Source: an uncultured Verrucomicrobiae bacterium
GTDB lineage: Bacteria > Verrucomicrobiota > Verrucomicrobiia > Chthoniobacterales > JAFAMB01
Reading direction: 5' to 3'
Assembly: GCA_963813025.1 (NCBI GenBank)
Contig: CAWEXO010000008.1
Span: forward strand, 128,001-192,000
DNA length: 64,000 nucleotides
The position numbers and the translations under genes are program-made. The notes below the pieces were generated by a model. That model was not told the origin of the DNA. It saw only the letters and a program-made list of their open reading frames with translations, and did no database searches. This document shows, piece after piece, positions 1-9,972 of this stretch (its first letter is position 1; every line of letters begins with the position of its first letter).

Positions 1-87
1 CGCCAACTGTCCTCCGCCATTGCAGCTTGAGCACTCATTGCCATTTCGGGTAAATCAACTCACGACCGCGGCAAACCGCCTTTTCTT

Positions 88-1365
88 TCAGACCGTTCTC
101 GCCGTCTTCTCTCGGGGCAGACGAGTACCCCACCAGATGATCGCGCCAGCTCCCAAGACAGAGAGAATCGCTACGACCAAAAGCGCGGTGAAAGAATAGT
201 GAAAATTTTGTACCTTCACTGTCGGCACGACGGATTCACCGGGACCTAACGGCAACTGCTCTCCGGGACCTTGGGTGAACAGAATTTTTACTGGCACCCG
301 CTGGACAACTTTCACGTAGTTACCCGTCGCGTTCTCTGGCGGTAGCAAGCTAAAGCGAGCACCGCTCCCAGCCTGGATGCTATCGAGCTTGCCGCTAAAC
401 TTGTGGCCCGGCAATGCATCGACAGCGATCTCCACGGGTTGACCGGGACGCATCAGGGCAAGCTGGTTCTCCTTAAAATTCCCGGTTACCCAGATGTCCG
501 CTGGAACGAGGCTCAGGATGGTTTGTCCAGCTTGGAGATAGTCGCCCGGTTCCACCGACTTGCGCGTCACCCGACCGTCTGCCGGTGCGCGAACTTCGGT
601 ATAGGATTCGTTGAGCTGGGCGGTCTGCACATCCGCATCGGACTGCCCGACTTTGGCTACCAAACTTTCGTGAAGACCGATGTACGTGTTGACCTGAGCC
701 AACGCTTCCGCTACCTGGGCCCGGTCGCTGGTTACTTTCTTCAGGGCAGCCAAAAGGGTCGCTTGAGAACTCTCGGAGCTCGCCTTGCTGGCGTCCAAGT
801 CCTGCGGCGAAATTACCTTTTCTCGCGCCAGTTCCTGATTGCGCACCAGATCCTTTTGCGCCTTGTCGGCATTTGCCCGGTCAGCGTCGGCGGTAGCCTG
901 ATCCGATTCGATCGTTGCCTGCATAGTGCCGACGTGAGCTTTGGCTTGCTCAATACTGGCAACCACCGCATCCGCCTGCGCACGGGCGCTCTCCTCGGCC
1001 GCCTGTTTCTGCCGCAGGGCTGCCGCAAAGTCACGTTCGTCGAGCTGAACCAGCACATCCCCTTTTTTTACCACTTGGTTGTCCGTGACTAGCACGTGGG
1101 CGACCCGGCCCGCGACCTGTGGTGCGACGTTGATGATATGGCCGTCAACAAAAGCGTCATCGGTCGATTGATAAGACTGGGCTGCGGCAAAAAACTTTAT
1201 TCCGATCAGCACCGCCCCGGTGAACAGGGCGAGGGCTATGATCATGATACGAAAACGCGGCCGACGGTGGGTCCTGCGCCGGGGGACGGGCATTCGCTTC
1301 GTCGTTGCAGATGGCCTTTCTCTCAGCGAGGGCCGGCCTTCCAACGTTGCACTATTTTGCGACAT
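88..1365 (-). CDS. HlyD/EmrA-family efflux membrane fusion protein
   Basis: N-terminal TM, STDDAFV, coiled coil, FSLLPPENATGNYVKVVQRVPV motif; ATG 1365 chosen just after the TetR stop. Confidence 0.9.
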   Translation of the reverse strand: MSQNSATLEGRPSLRERPSATTKRMPVPRRRTHRRPRFRIMIIALALFTGAVLIGIKFFAAAQSYQSTDDAFVDGHIINVAPQVAGRVAHVLVTDNQVVKKGDVLVQLDERDFAAALRQKQAAEESARAQADAVVASIEQAKAHVGTMQATIESDQATADADRANADKAQKDLVRNQELAREKVISPQDLDASKASSESSQATLLAALKKVTSDRAQVAEALAQVNTYIGLHESLVAKVGQSDADVQTAQLNESYTEVRAPADGRVTRKSVEPGDYLQAGQTILSLVPADIWVTGNFKENQLALMRPGQPVEIAVDALPGHKFSGKLDSIQAGSGARFSLLPPENATGNYVKVVQRVPVKILFTQGPGEQLPLGPGESVVPTVKVQNFHYSFTALLVVAILSVLGAGAIIWWGTRLPREKTARTV

Positions 1366-1369
1366 TTCT

Positions 1370-2005
1370 TTATGAGCGGCGGGACTCGATCCCGCGGACA
1401 AAGGTTTCAATTACAGTTTCAAGATATTCATCGACGGAATAGGCCTCCCGTCCCCAGGCGGTACGAGCGAGCATTCCGGAATAGAGCGCGTCGCGCAGAA
1501 TATCCACGGCACAAGCCAGGTTGACGTCCTGCCGGACAAGCCCTGCTTCCTGAGCGGCTCGCAAAAGCGCGATGAGTTTCAGCTTGAGCGGCGCAACGAG
1601 CCCGAGCACCATCTGGCGCACCGAGTCAGGCAAGAGGCGAGCTTCACCGATCAATGCTCGGGAAAGCGCCTCCTTGTTTTCCAATAAAGCGTTATAGGCC
1701 CGAACGTAATTCGCGATCCCGATTCGAAGATCCTCGCTCCAGGAGGGCTGCTGTTCGATGAACCGGCATTCCTCCATCAGGCCGCGTTCGAGAGTCGCCT
1801 TGACCAACTCATCCCGGGAGAGAAAGTGACGAAACAAGGTCACCTCGTTGACGTCAGCTTCTCGCGCAATCTCGCGAGTCGTCGCGCCCTGGAAACCGTC
1901 GCGGGAAAAGACCTTCGCGGCGGCATCAAGCAAGCGCTGACGGGTCTGGTCAACGGAAGCGCTTCGAGAACGCTCCGGCAGAGATCGATCGGCCTTTGGA
2001 GTCAC
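1370..2005 (-). CDS. TetR/AcrR family transcriptional regulator
   Basis: TRQRLLDAAAKVF...TTREIAREADVNEVTLFRHF HTH; start uncertain (GTG 2005 or ATG 2023). Confidence 0.9.
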   Translation of the reverse strand: MTPKADRSLPERSRSASVDQTRQRLLDAAAKVFSRDGFQGATTREIAREADVNEVTLFRHFLSRDELVKATLERGLMEECRFIEQQPSWSEDLRIGIANYVRAYNALLENKEALSRALIGEARLLPDSVRQMVLGLVAPLKLKLIALLRAAQEAGLVRQDVNLACAVDILRDALYSGMLARTAWGREAYSVDEYLETVIETFVRGIESRRS

Positions 2006-2052
2006 GCAAGTATATACTTGCATGAAAGATTGAATGCAAGTACATACTTGCA
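2006..2052. promoter_or_regulatory. Tandem palindromic TetR operators
   Basis: GCAAGTATATACTTGC (2006-2021, perfect palindrome) and TGCAAGTACATACTTGCA (2035-2052), 30 bp apart, at the tetR start. Confidence 0.75.
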
Positions 2053-2201
2053 CGAAGATCGTCGGTGACCAATAACCGATAGCCGATAAACGCGTAGCGC
2101 CGGCGGCCCTCGGTGCGAGGAGCTGGAATCCGGATTCCAGGATCCTAGCTCCTAGCTCCTTAGGCTTGTCGTCGATCCGATCCGGTGCCATGCTCGGCAG
2201 A

Positions 2202-2795
2202 ATGACTGCGCGGTCTGCTTCGCTTAAGCGCGAGACCACCGAGACGGCAATTGCGCTGGAACTTGCCGTGGACGGGACCGGCGTTTCGGAAATCGATACC
2301 GGAATTCCGTTTTTCGATCACATGCTGACACTGCTGAGCCGGCACAGCCTTTTTGATTTGAGAGTAAAAGCCAAAGGAGATCTCAACGTCGATTTTCACC
2401 ACACGGTGGAAGATACCGGTATCGTCCTCGGAAAGTGCCTGGCGGCGGCGCTGGATTCAAAGGCGGGCATCTGCCGGTATGGCTGCTTTCTGCTTCCGAT
2501 GGACGAGGCTCTTGTTCAAGTCGCGGTCGACCTAAGCGGCAGAGCATTTTTCGAATTTCGCGCCCCGGAAAATATCTCCTCGATCGGCGGCTTCGATTTT
2601 TACCTGGTCGAGGAATTTCTGCGCGCTTTTGCTTCGAACGCCGGCTTGAACTTGCATGTTGAAGTCCGTTACGGCCGCAACAATCATCACATCGCGGAGG
2701 CGATATTTAAAGGATTGGCCAAAGCCTTGGACCAGGCGTGCCGGATTGATCCGAGACGGCCCGAAATTCCTAGTTCGAAAGGGACCCTGATCTGA
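2202..2795 (+). CDS. hisB: Imidazoleglycerol-phosphate dehydratase
   Basis: [14 protein letters not shown] and [11 protein letters not shown] motifs. Confidence 0.97.
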   Translation: MTARSASLKRETTETAIALELAVDGTGVSEIDTGIPFFDHMLTLLSRHSLFDLRVKAKGDLNVDFHHTVEDTGIVLGKCLAAALDSKAGICRYGCFLLPMDEALVQVAVDLSGRAFFEFRAPENISSIGGFDFYLVEEFLRAFASNAGLNLHVEVRYGRNNHHIAEAIFKGLAKALDQACRIDPRRPEIPSSKGTLI

Positions 2796-2808
2796 AATCG
2801 GCAAAAAG

Positions 2809-3423
2809 ATGAAACCGACCCTCGCCTTGATCGACTACGGTTCCGGCAACTTGCGCAGTGTGGCAAGAGCCTTGGAAGCGGTGGGTGCCACGGTCGTGCG
2901 AGTCGCGCAGGGAGCAATCCCGGAGGAGAGCGGAGCAGTGGTTCTGCCCGGAGTAGGCGCTTTCGGCGATTCGGTAAACCAACTTCGAAAGCGTGGCCTA
3001 TTCACCGAGATCAGGCGCTGGCTGGAGGATGGGCGCAAGTTCCTTGGCATCTGTCTTGGCTACCAGCTCCTCTTTGAAGAGAGCGAGGAGTCTCCCGGCG
3101 CGCGAGGACTCGGTCTATTTGCCGGTTCCGTTCGCCGGTTTCGCGGCGACCACTTAAAAGTACCGCAAATTGGTTGGAACCGCATTGAATGGGCTCAGCG
3201 GCTTGTGAAAACCGATTTGCCGCCCGATCCCTTTGTCTATTTTGTGCACTCTTATTATCCCGAACCAAAGGACGACAGTATCGTCGCCGCAACCGCTTGC
3301 TACGGAGGGACGTTCGCGGCCGCGGCGCAGTCTGGAAATATCTTTGCGACTCAATTTCATCCGGAAAAAAGTCAGGAGAGCGGCTTGGCGATCCTGCGGC
3401 ATTTTGTACACTCACTACCATGA
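2809..3423 (+). CDS. hisH: Imidazole glycerol phosphate synthase, glutaminase subunit
   Basis: DYGSGNLRS, GICLGYQ and QFHPEKS motifs. Confidence 0.97.
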   Translation: MKPTLALIDYGSGNLRSVARALEAVGATVVRVAQGAIPEESGAVVLPGVGAFGDSVNQLRKRGLFTEIRRWLEDGRKFLGICLGYQLLFEESEESPGARGLGLFAGSVRRFRGDHLKVPQIGWNRIEWAQRLVKTDLPPDPFVYFVHSYYPEPKDDSIVAATACYGGTFAAAAQSGNIFATQFHPEKSQESGLAILRHFVHSLP

Positions 3424-4163
3424 TCATTTTACCGGCAATCGATCTGCTTGACGGAGAAGTCGTGAGGCTGCGCCAGGGTCGGATCGACCAGAAAACGGTT
3501 TACTCCAACCAGCCCCTGGTTTTCGCACGCCGCTGGGAAGAGGAGGGTGGGAATTACTTGCATGTGGTTGATTTGAACGCTGCTTTAACTGGGGAACAGA
3601 AAAACCTGACCATCGTCGAAAAGCTGGTGTCGAAGTTGAACATTCCGGTCGAAGTTGGGGGCGGCGTTCGGTCTATCGAAGCTGCCCAGCGTCTGCTCGA
3701 CGTGGGGGCGGATCGCGTAGTCGTCGGCACCAAAGGGGTGCAGGAACCCCACTTTCTCACAGAGCTTAGTGAGCGGTTTGGCCGAGATCGAGTCGCGATG
3801 AGCGTCGACGCCAAGGACGGAAAAGTGGCGGTCAAAGGCTGGTCGGAAGTTACCGCAGTTGACGCGCTGGAGTTTATTCGCGAGATCGATCAGGCTGTGG
3901 GGACGATCGTTTTCACCGATATTGCGACGGATGGCATGCTTTCCGGTCCCAACTTCCCGATGTTGGAACAAATCCTGAGCCAAACGCATTGCCAATTGAT
4001 CGCTAGCGGCGGAGTGGCAAACCTCGAGCAGGTGCATCAACTGGCGTCATTACCGGGGCTTTACGGCGCGATCATCGGCAAAGCCATTTTTGACGGCTCG
4101 GTCGATCTTGGTGAAGCCGTCGCGACCGCGAATGCGGGCAAAGCCGCAAGAGGAGCGGTCTGA
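3420..4163 (+). CDS. hisA: ProFAR isomerase
   Basis: MIILPAIDL, VGGGVRS and TDIATDGMLSG motifs; ATGA overlap with hisH. Confidence 0.96.
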   Translation: MIILPAIDLLDGEVVRLRQGRIDQKTVYSNQPLVFARRWEEEGGNYLHVVDLNAALTGEQKNLTIVEKLVSKLNIPVEVGGGVRSIEAAQRLLDVGADRVVVGTKGVQEPHFLTELSERFGRDRVAMSVDAKDGKVAVKGWSEVTAVDALEFIREIDQAVGTIVFTDIATDGMLSGPNFPMLEQILSQTHCQLIASGGVANLEQVHQLASLPGLYGAIIGKAIFDGSVDLGEAVATANAGKAARGAV

Positions 4164-4188
4164 GGCAGCTGAAGAGCTGATCAGATAA

Positions 4189-4388
4189 CAGTCAATCGAG
4201 CGGAGGAAGCGGCGGGAGCGGCTTCAGCGGGATGTAGGGCGAGAGCTAAAAAGCTGACGAAATTGAGCAGCGCTGGTAGGAAGAGCCGGAGGCCCAATTT
4301 GGCATCGGCGATTCCCGCCAGAGTGTCCGCTGGCCAACTGCCGAAACACCTCCCTCCGCTGAAGCCGCTTCCTCCGCTCGATTGACTG
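4189..4388. repeat. 25-bp perfect inverted repeat enclosing ~150 bp (MITE/REPIN-like)
   Basis: CAGTCAATCGAGCGGAGGAAGCGGC (4189-4213) and its reverse complement (4364-4388), between convergent genes. Confidence 0.7.
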
Positions 4389-4419
4389 CATAGCTGGTCC
4401 GCTGTTCAGTTGCCTCCGC

Positions 4420-6622
4420 TCACCTTCCGGCGGTTCGCGGTGCTTTCGAGAGATCAATCAGGTCGGCAAGAATACTGAGGGTCTCTTTCTTTCCCGCGTC
4501 GTACTCGTCACTACCGGTCAGGGCATCGTCGTCAAAAGCGCTGTCCGGATTTTCGTCAGTCGACGGGAGATGCTTTTGTTTAGTCGCGTTTGAGTCGGCT
4601 GTGTTCAGGGACGGCTTCTCGACTGGCTTGAGCTGAGGCTTATCAACATCGGACAGAGGTAGATTGTAGCGTTGGTCGTGATCGGCTTCGATCGCCGCTC
4701 GATCGTCGGCCTTCTCTTTTGCTTTTTCCGCATTCTCTCGGTCGAGTTCGGCTCGTCGGACCTTTTCGTTCAGGGAGATCCGATTGTTCTTCAGGCGGTC
4801 GTTCATTTCCTTCATCTCCTCAACGAGGTCCTGAAATTGCGAATCCGCGCCCACGCGACTGTTGGACCGCCGCCGGAGGTCATCGAGATAGAGTGGTTTG
4901 CGATTGTTTGCCACGTCGATCGGCGCCGGTTCCACCTCGTCATAAGGCAATGGGTGCTCCAAAGCCGCCTCACCAAATTCTGGATTGTCGGTTATCGATG
5001 GCAAAATGATATCCGAGGCGACACCTCGGAGCTGGGTGGAGCCGCCGGCGACCCGATAAAATTTTTGCACCGTGAGTTTCAGAGCACCGGCATCATTCGG
5101 GCGAGGAGCCGAGCATTGGCATAAATCGCCCGAGCTCAAGCATTGTCTGAACGGTGCCTTTGCCAAAACTGGTTGAATCGCCGACGATCACGGCGCGACC
5201 ATAGTCCTGCAGTGCCGCACCGAAAATCTCACTGGCGGAGGCGCTCAGTTTGTTCATGAGGACAATCATCGGGCCTGAATAGGCGACAGACGGGTCGCGA
5301 TCCTTCAGAACGTCGATATCCCCGTTTGCATCTTTGACCTGAACCACCGGGCCTTGGGTGATGAACAAGCCCGCTGTTTTGATTGCCTCGTCGAGGGATC
5401 CGCCGCCGTCTCGGCGCAGGTCAACCACCAATCCTTGGATGTTTTCCTTTTGGAGACGTTTCAATAAGGCGGCCATGTCGCGCGAGGCGCTTTTGCCACC
5501 GCGTCCCTTCTCCATGTCCTGGTAAAAGGATGGGAGGGTGATCCAGCCTAGTTTCTCTGTGGATCCATCCGGCAAATCGCGATTGATGATCTCGGCCTTT
5601 GCTTCCTGCTCTGTCAGCTTGACGTCGTCTCGGACGAGCTCGACGATTTTGCGCTTGGAGGGATCGGTAGCATTTGCGGGAATGATCTGCAAACGAACGA
5701 CCGTTCCCTTCTTTCCGCGGATCATTTCCACCACTTTATCGAGCTTCATATCGACCGCGTCGACAAAGCTTCCATTCGCCTGAGCCACTGCCGCGATCCG
5801 ATCACCCACGCTGACCTTGCCGCTGAGCTGTGCAGGGCCGCCGGTCAAAACACGGGCGACCTTGGCGTATCCTTCGTCCGAACGCAGCTCGGCGCCGATT
5901 CCAGTCAGCGACAGCCGCATATTGATCTCGAAATTTTCGAGATCCGACTTGCCCAGGTATTCCGAGTGCGGATCGTAGGTTTGCGCTACAGCGTTCAGGA
6001 AGATCTGCAGCACATCACTGTCATCACGTTCCTCCAGGTTTTTTAACAGCGTGTCGTAACGGCGCGCGACGATTTTGGGACCCGGTTCAGCGGCGAACTT
6101 ATTTAATTTCTCCTGCAGTAATTCGCCTTCGACGCGGTCTTGCCACAACTGGTCTGCTTCAGCGGCATTGGCCGGCCACGGCTCCTTCCGCCGATCTAGT
6201 GCCACGGTACGGTCACTCTTAAAACTGTAATCCTTCTTGAGAAGAGCGTGGACTTTGGCCACCCGATCTTCGACTCGTTTGCGAAACAGGGCGTAGATAT
6301 CGCGCGCCGGCTGCACATTTCCAACCAGGAGATCCTCGTCGAGAGTCTTCCCGTAGCTCTGACGGATCTGATCGATATCCTGTTGCGTGAAAAAGAGCTT
6401 GTTGTAATCGAGATTTTCCAGGTACGTATCGAGCACTTTGCTGGACATGTCGTCGTCCAGCCGGTGGCGGCTATAGTGGGCCTGCTCGAGAAGCTTGGCG
6501 ACGGTGATCGCAACCTGCCGCGGATCGGCGCTGCCTCTGAGCCCCAGCCTCACCTGCGCGAACAAACAGCCGGCGGACAGTGTTAAACAAATCGCGATCG
6601 CAAAAGTGCGTACCGTTTTCAT
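4420..6622 (-). CDS. prc: Carboxy-terminal processing peptidase (Prc/Tsp), frameshifted near 5100
   Basis: Signal peptide, DPHSEYL, PDZ domain, SASASEI, SFGKGTVQ; continues in another frame as NDAGALKLTVQKFYR; one extra base in a G-run near 5099-5101. Confidence 0.9.
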
Positions 6623-6701
6623 ATATCGATTCAAGTGCAACTGACAAAATCCTTTATGCTAAGAAAAAATTAGATGCCTGCGGCGGCACTCTCTCTTCAG
6701 T

Positions 6702-7319
6702 ATGCTCGAGTTTCAAACATTTATTGGCGGGATCTTCGACACGAACGGCTATTTGCTCCATGCGCCGAGAGGCCAGATTTTGATCGACGCGCCGACCGGA
6801 GTATGCCAGTGGCTCCGGGAAAACCGTTTTGAACCCAGCCTTCTCCTGATTACCCACGGCCACCTGGATCACGTTGATGATGCGGCGAAAGTCAAACATT
6901 CTTTCAACTGCGAAGTCGGTTATCACGAGGCCGGTGTTCCGCTTATCACCAATCCAGATTTCTTTAAGGATCTCGGCTTCTTTTTCGAGGTTCAACCGGT
7001 CGCCGCTGACTTTCTCATAACCGAGACATCCGCCGTCAACTTCGCCGGAATAAATTTCCAGGTGCTGCTTGTGCCCGGTCATTGCCCGGGAAGTCTTTGC
7101 TTTTACGCTCAGGACGACGGCCTCCTGTTTGGCGGAGATGTTCTCTTCGCCGGAAGCATTGGTCGAACCGATCTGCCGGGAGGGGATACCGAGCTCCTGC
7201 TGACCGGCATTCGTTCGAAAATATTCCCGCTTCCCGATGCGACCCGCGTGCTGCCTGGACACGGGCCAGCGACAACGGTGGGAGAGGAAAAGCGATCCAA
7301 TCCGTTCTTCGCTCGCTGA
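6702..7319 (+). CDS. MBL-fold metallo-hydrolase (glyoxalase II-like)
   Basis: THGHLDH, PGHCPGS, GDVLF and PGHG motifs. Confidence 0.93.
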   Translation: MLEFQTFIGGIFDTNGYLLHAPRGQILIDAPTGVCQWLRENRFEPSLLLITHGHLDHVDDAAKVKHSFNCEVGYHEAGVPLITNPDFFKDLGFFFEVQPVAADFLITETSAVNFAGINFQVLLVPGHCPGSLCFYAQDDGLLFGGDVLFAGSIGRTDLPGGDTELLLTGIRSKIFPLPDATRVLPGHGPATTVGEEKRSNPFFAR

Positions 7320-7382
7320 GCGGCTTGACCGGCCTGGGTGGCCTGAGCGGTCCAACATCGAATTCGTGGTCATCAAAACGCG

Positions 7383-7493
7383 GAGAACAAGTATCGGTAG
7401 ATGATTCAAAATCCGGTTCGGCGCGGACTGGTCGAGACGGCTGAAGATTGGCCGTTCCGCGGAGTGATCTTCAACAACCGGGTTCTTTGGTAA
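7383..7493 (+). pseudogene. C-terminal remnant of a REP-associated tyrosine transposase (RAYT)
   Basis: Translates ENKYR*MIQNPVRRGLVETAEDWPF; stop at the expected catalytic Tyr; next to GTAG REP-like repeats. Confidence 0.6.
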
Positions 7494-7527
7494 CAGCCCA
7501 TCCGGGGACGCTGATTGCGTCAGAAAA

Positions 7528-7596
7528 CGGACCGACAGGAGCCGGTCCCTACCGCTCCGCGGCGATTCACCGTAGGGAAGGACCCCGCCTCGTCCG
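7528..7596. repeat. Inverted pair of GTAG-type REP-like elements
   Basis: GGTAGGGACCGGCTCCTGTCGGTCCG on - (7528-7553) and GTAGGGAAGGACCCCGCCTCGTCCG on + (7572-7596). Confidence 0.6.
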
Positions 7597-7608
7597 CATT
7601 TTGCTGAA

Positions 7609-8022
7609 TCACTTTGGGCTAGTGCGCGCCAGCACGATTTCACCCGTCGCGACGGGCACAGACTCGGCCAGGCATTCCACTGCGCACTGGACGAGAGGAC
7701 CAGTGCCAGCCAAACGCCTCGCCTTGAAGCGCAGCATTTCTCCCGGCCCTACCGAGCGCAGAAACTTCATCAACCGAATGGCGCTCAGAAAGTAAGTTTC
7801 GCCTTCACTGCATACCGCAAGCCCAGCTGTCTGAGCCATACCTTCGGCAAGCAGCACTCCCGGCACAATGGGGTTTCCCGGAAAGTGTCCGGCGAAAAAA
7901 GGCTCATCGCCGCGGAAACATTTGAGCGCCTCGGCCGAAACGCCCGGCACCAATTCCGCGACGCAATCGATAAAGATAAATGGAGGCCGATGCGGCAAAC
8001 CAAGGGAAATGGGATCTTGCAT
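7609..8022 (-). CDS. fabZ: FabZ/FabA-family 3-hydroxyacyl-ACP dehydratase
   Basis: LPHRPPF and FFAGHFPGNPIVPGVLLAEGMAQ motifs. Confidence 0.85.
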   Translation of the reverse strand: MQDPISLGLPHRPPFIFIDCVAELVPGVSAEALKCFRGDEPFFAGHFPGNPIVPGVLLAEGMAQTAGLAVCSEGETYFLSAIRLMKFLRSVGPGEMLRFKARRLAGTGPLVQCAVECLAESVPVATGEIVLARTSPK

Positions 8023-8274
8023 GGCTCAATAAGCAGATAACCCCTCTCGACGATCAGCGCATCAGCATTCGATCTTGAATTCTTCAGCGAGGAAGTTCGC
8101 CTCCGGCAACTGACGGTTTGGGGATAGTGACGGTTTGAAGACAGACCCGCTCAAGCCCGCGCATGTACGGACGAGACCCATCCGCGCTACGACCGCTCAC
8201 GCCGCTCAGCCTGCTCAACCCGCTCTCTCCCGCCAGCTCCTTGCAACTACCCCGCCTCGATACGACACTGATCC

Positions 8275-9507
8275 ATGGATGCTCTCTCGGAGGTTGCGAG
8301 GTTTCGAGCGGACTTCCCCATCCTCAATCAACGGGTGCGCGGACATCCTCTGGTTTATCTGGACAATGCGGCTTCTACGCAGCGTCCAGCGTGCGTGATT
8401 GACGAAGTATCGCGGTACTATCGGGAAGATCACGCCAATGTGCATCGCGGTCTGCATGAGTTGAGCGCGCGGGCGACTAATTTATACGAAGGCGCCCGGG
8501 CCCGGGTGGCGCGGTTCCTTAGCGCTCCTTCGCCTGATTCGATTGTCTTCACCAGAGGAACGACTGAAGCGATTAACCTGGTTGCCACCGCCTGGACCGA
8601 GGCGTTTCTGCGATCGGGCGATCGCATTTTGATCACGGAGATGGAACACCATGCCAACCTGCTGCCCTGGCAGGGAGCTGCGCGACGGACCGGAGCGCAC
8701 TTGAGATATCTGCCGGTCGATCCAGTAACCGGTGGCGTCGATTGGTCGCTGCTCGAAAAATCACTGATCGAGCACGAGCCGAAGTTTCTCGCGTTTACTC
8801 AGATTTCAAACTCTCTGGGCTGGATAAACCCTGCCCCAGAGATTTGTCGAACCGCGCGGCAGCACGGCGTGACTACGCTAGTCGACGCGGCGCAGAGCGC
8901 CGGACACATGCCGATCAATGTACAGGAGATGGGCTGCGACTTCCTGGCTTTCTCCGGGCATAAATGCTGCGGACCAACTGGCATTGGGGTGCTCTATGGT
9001 CGTGCGGACCTATTGAACGAGATGCCTCCATATCAGACAGGCGGCGAAATGATTTCGTCAGTGCGCTACGAAGGCGCCGACTGGAAACCGGCTCCTCACC
9101 GTTTTGAGGCGGGCACGCCGCACATCGCCGGAGCGGTCGGGTTAGCCACCGCATTGGACTATCTGGAAAACATTGGCCGGCCAACGATCCACTCAATCGA
9201 CGAGCGGCTGGTTGAGTTGGCTTATCATGAACTCCGCCAAATACCCAACATCAAGGTGCTGGGACCAAGTGCCGAGCGGGCCGGCATTCTCAGCTTTCAG
9301 CTCGGAACCATCCACGCGCACGACCTCGTTGCCTATGCCGACCAGTTCGGTATCGCTCTTCGCGGCGGCCATCATTGCACGCAGCCGCTTATGCGCAAAA
9401 TGGGCTACACCGGAAGCGCTCGAGCGAGCTTCTATTTCTACAACACAGAAGAGGAGATCCACTGTCTGGTTTCCGTGTTACGCTCGGCCGAAAAATATTT
9501 TGGATAA
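8275..9507 (+). CDS. sufS: SufS-family cysteine desulfurase / selenocysteine lyase
   Basis: YLDNAASTQ, SGHK (PLP lysine), RGGHHCTQP. Confidence 0.95.
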   Translation: MDALSEVARFRADFPILNQRVRGHPLVYLDNAASTQRPACVIDEVSRYYREDHANVHRGLHELSARATNLYEGARARVARFLSAPSPDSIVFTRGTTEAINLVATAWTEAFLRSGDRILITEMEHHANLLPWQGAARRTGAHLRYLPVDPVTGGVDWSLLEKSLIEHEPKFLAFTQISNSLGWINPAPEICRTARQHGVTTLVDAAQSAGHMPINVQEMGCDFLAFSGHKCCGPTGIGVLYGRADLLNEMPPYQTGGEMISSVRYEGADWKPAPHRFEAGTPHIAGAVGLATALDYLENIGRPTIHSIDERLVELAYHELRQIPNIKVLGPSAERAGILSFQLGTIHAHDLVAYADQFGIALRGGHHCTQPLMRKMGYTGSARASFYFYNTEEEIHCLVSVLRSAEKYFG

Positions 9508-9515
9508 AGGCGCCT

Positions 9516-9935
9516 GTGGAGATCGACGAGTTATACCAAACCATTATTCTGGACCACTCAAAGCGTCCGCGAAATCTCGGCAAACTACCGGAGCCGGCGG
9601 TCAAGGGTGAAGGTTATAATCCCTCTTGCGGAGATGAGGTTACGGTATTCGCGTTGCTCGATCCAGAGCGCCGGATCGTCGACATCCGTTTTCTGGCTCA
9701 AGCCTGCGCGATCTGCACGGCTTCCACTTCTCTGATGACGCTTGGAGTAAAAGGGAAAACCGTCGCCGAAGCGCTGGATTTGCAACGCGAGTTTTTCGGA
9801 GTGCTCGTGCGTGGAGAGACTGGGTCAGCAAGGCTCGGCAATCTACGAGCTCTGGCAGGCGTGCGAAAGTTTCCGCAACGGCTGAAGTGCGCCACGCTCG
9901 GCTGGCATGCACTGGAAACGGCGCTTGACCGGTAA
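9516..9935 (+). CDS. sufU: SufU (NifU-like) sulfur-transfer protein
   Basis: LYQTIILDHSK, NPSCGD, CAIC and RLKCATL motifs; GTG start. Confidence 0.92.
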   Translation: MEIDELYQTIILDHSKRPRNLGKLPEPAVKGEGYNPSCGDEVTVFALLDPERRIVDIRFLAQACAICTASTSLMTLGVKGKTVAEALDLQREFFGVLVRGETGSARLGNLRALAGVRKFPQRLKCATLGWHALETALDR

Positions 9936-9972
9936 GAGTATCCTGCCAAGTCCCTGCGCTTCTCCAAAACCC

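Noticed and set aside
6654..7643. 329-aa minus-strand ORF
   Set aside because: Antisense shadow of the MBL hydrolase gene; no motifs
7320..8226. Degenerate 9-mer runs (e.g. CCGCTCAGC) at 7320-7350 and 8147-8226
   Set aside because: Short, degenerate, low-complexity intergenic repeats with no supportable function
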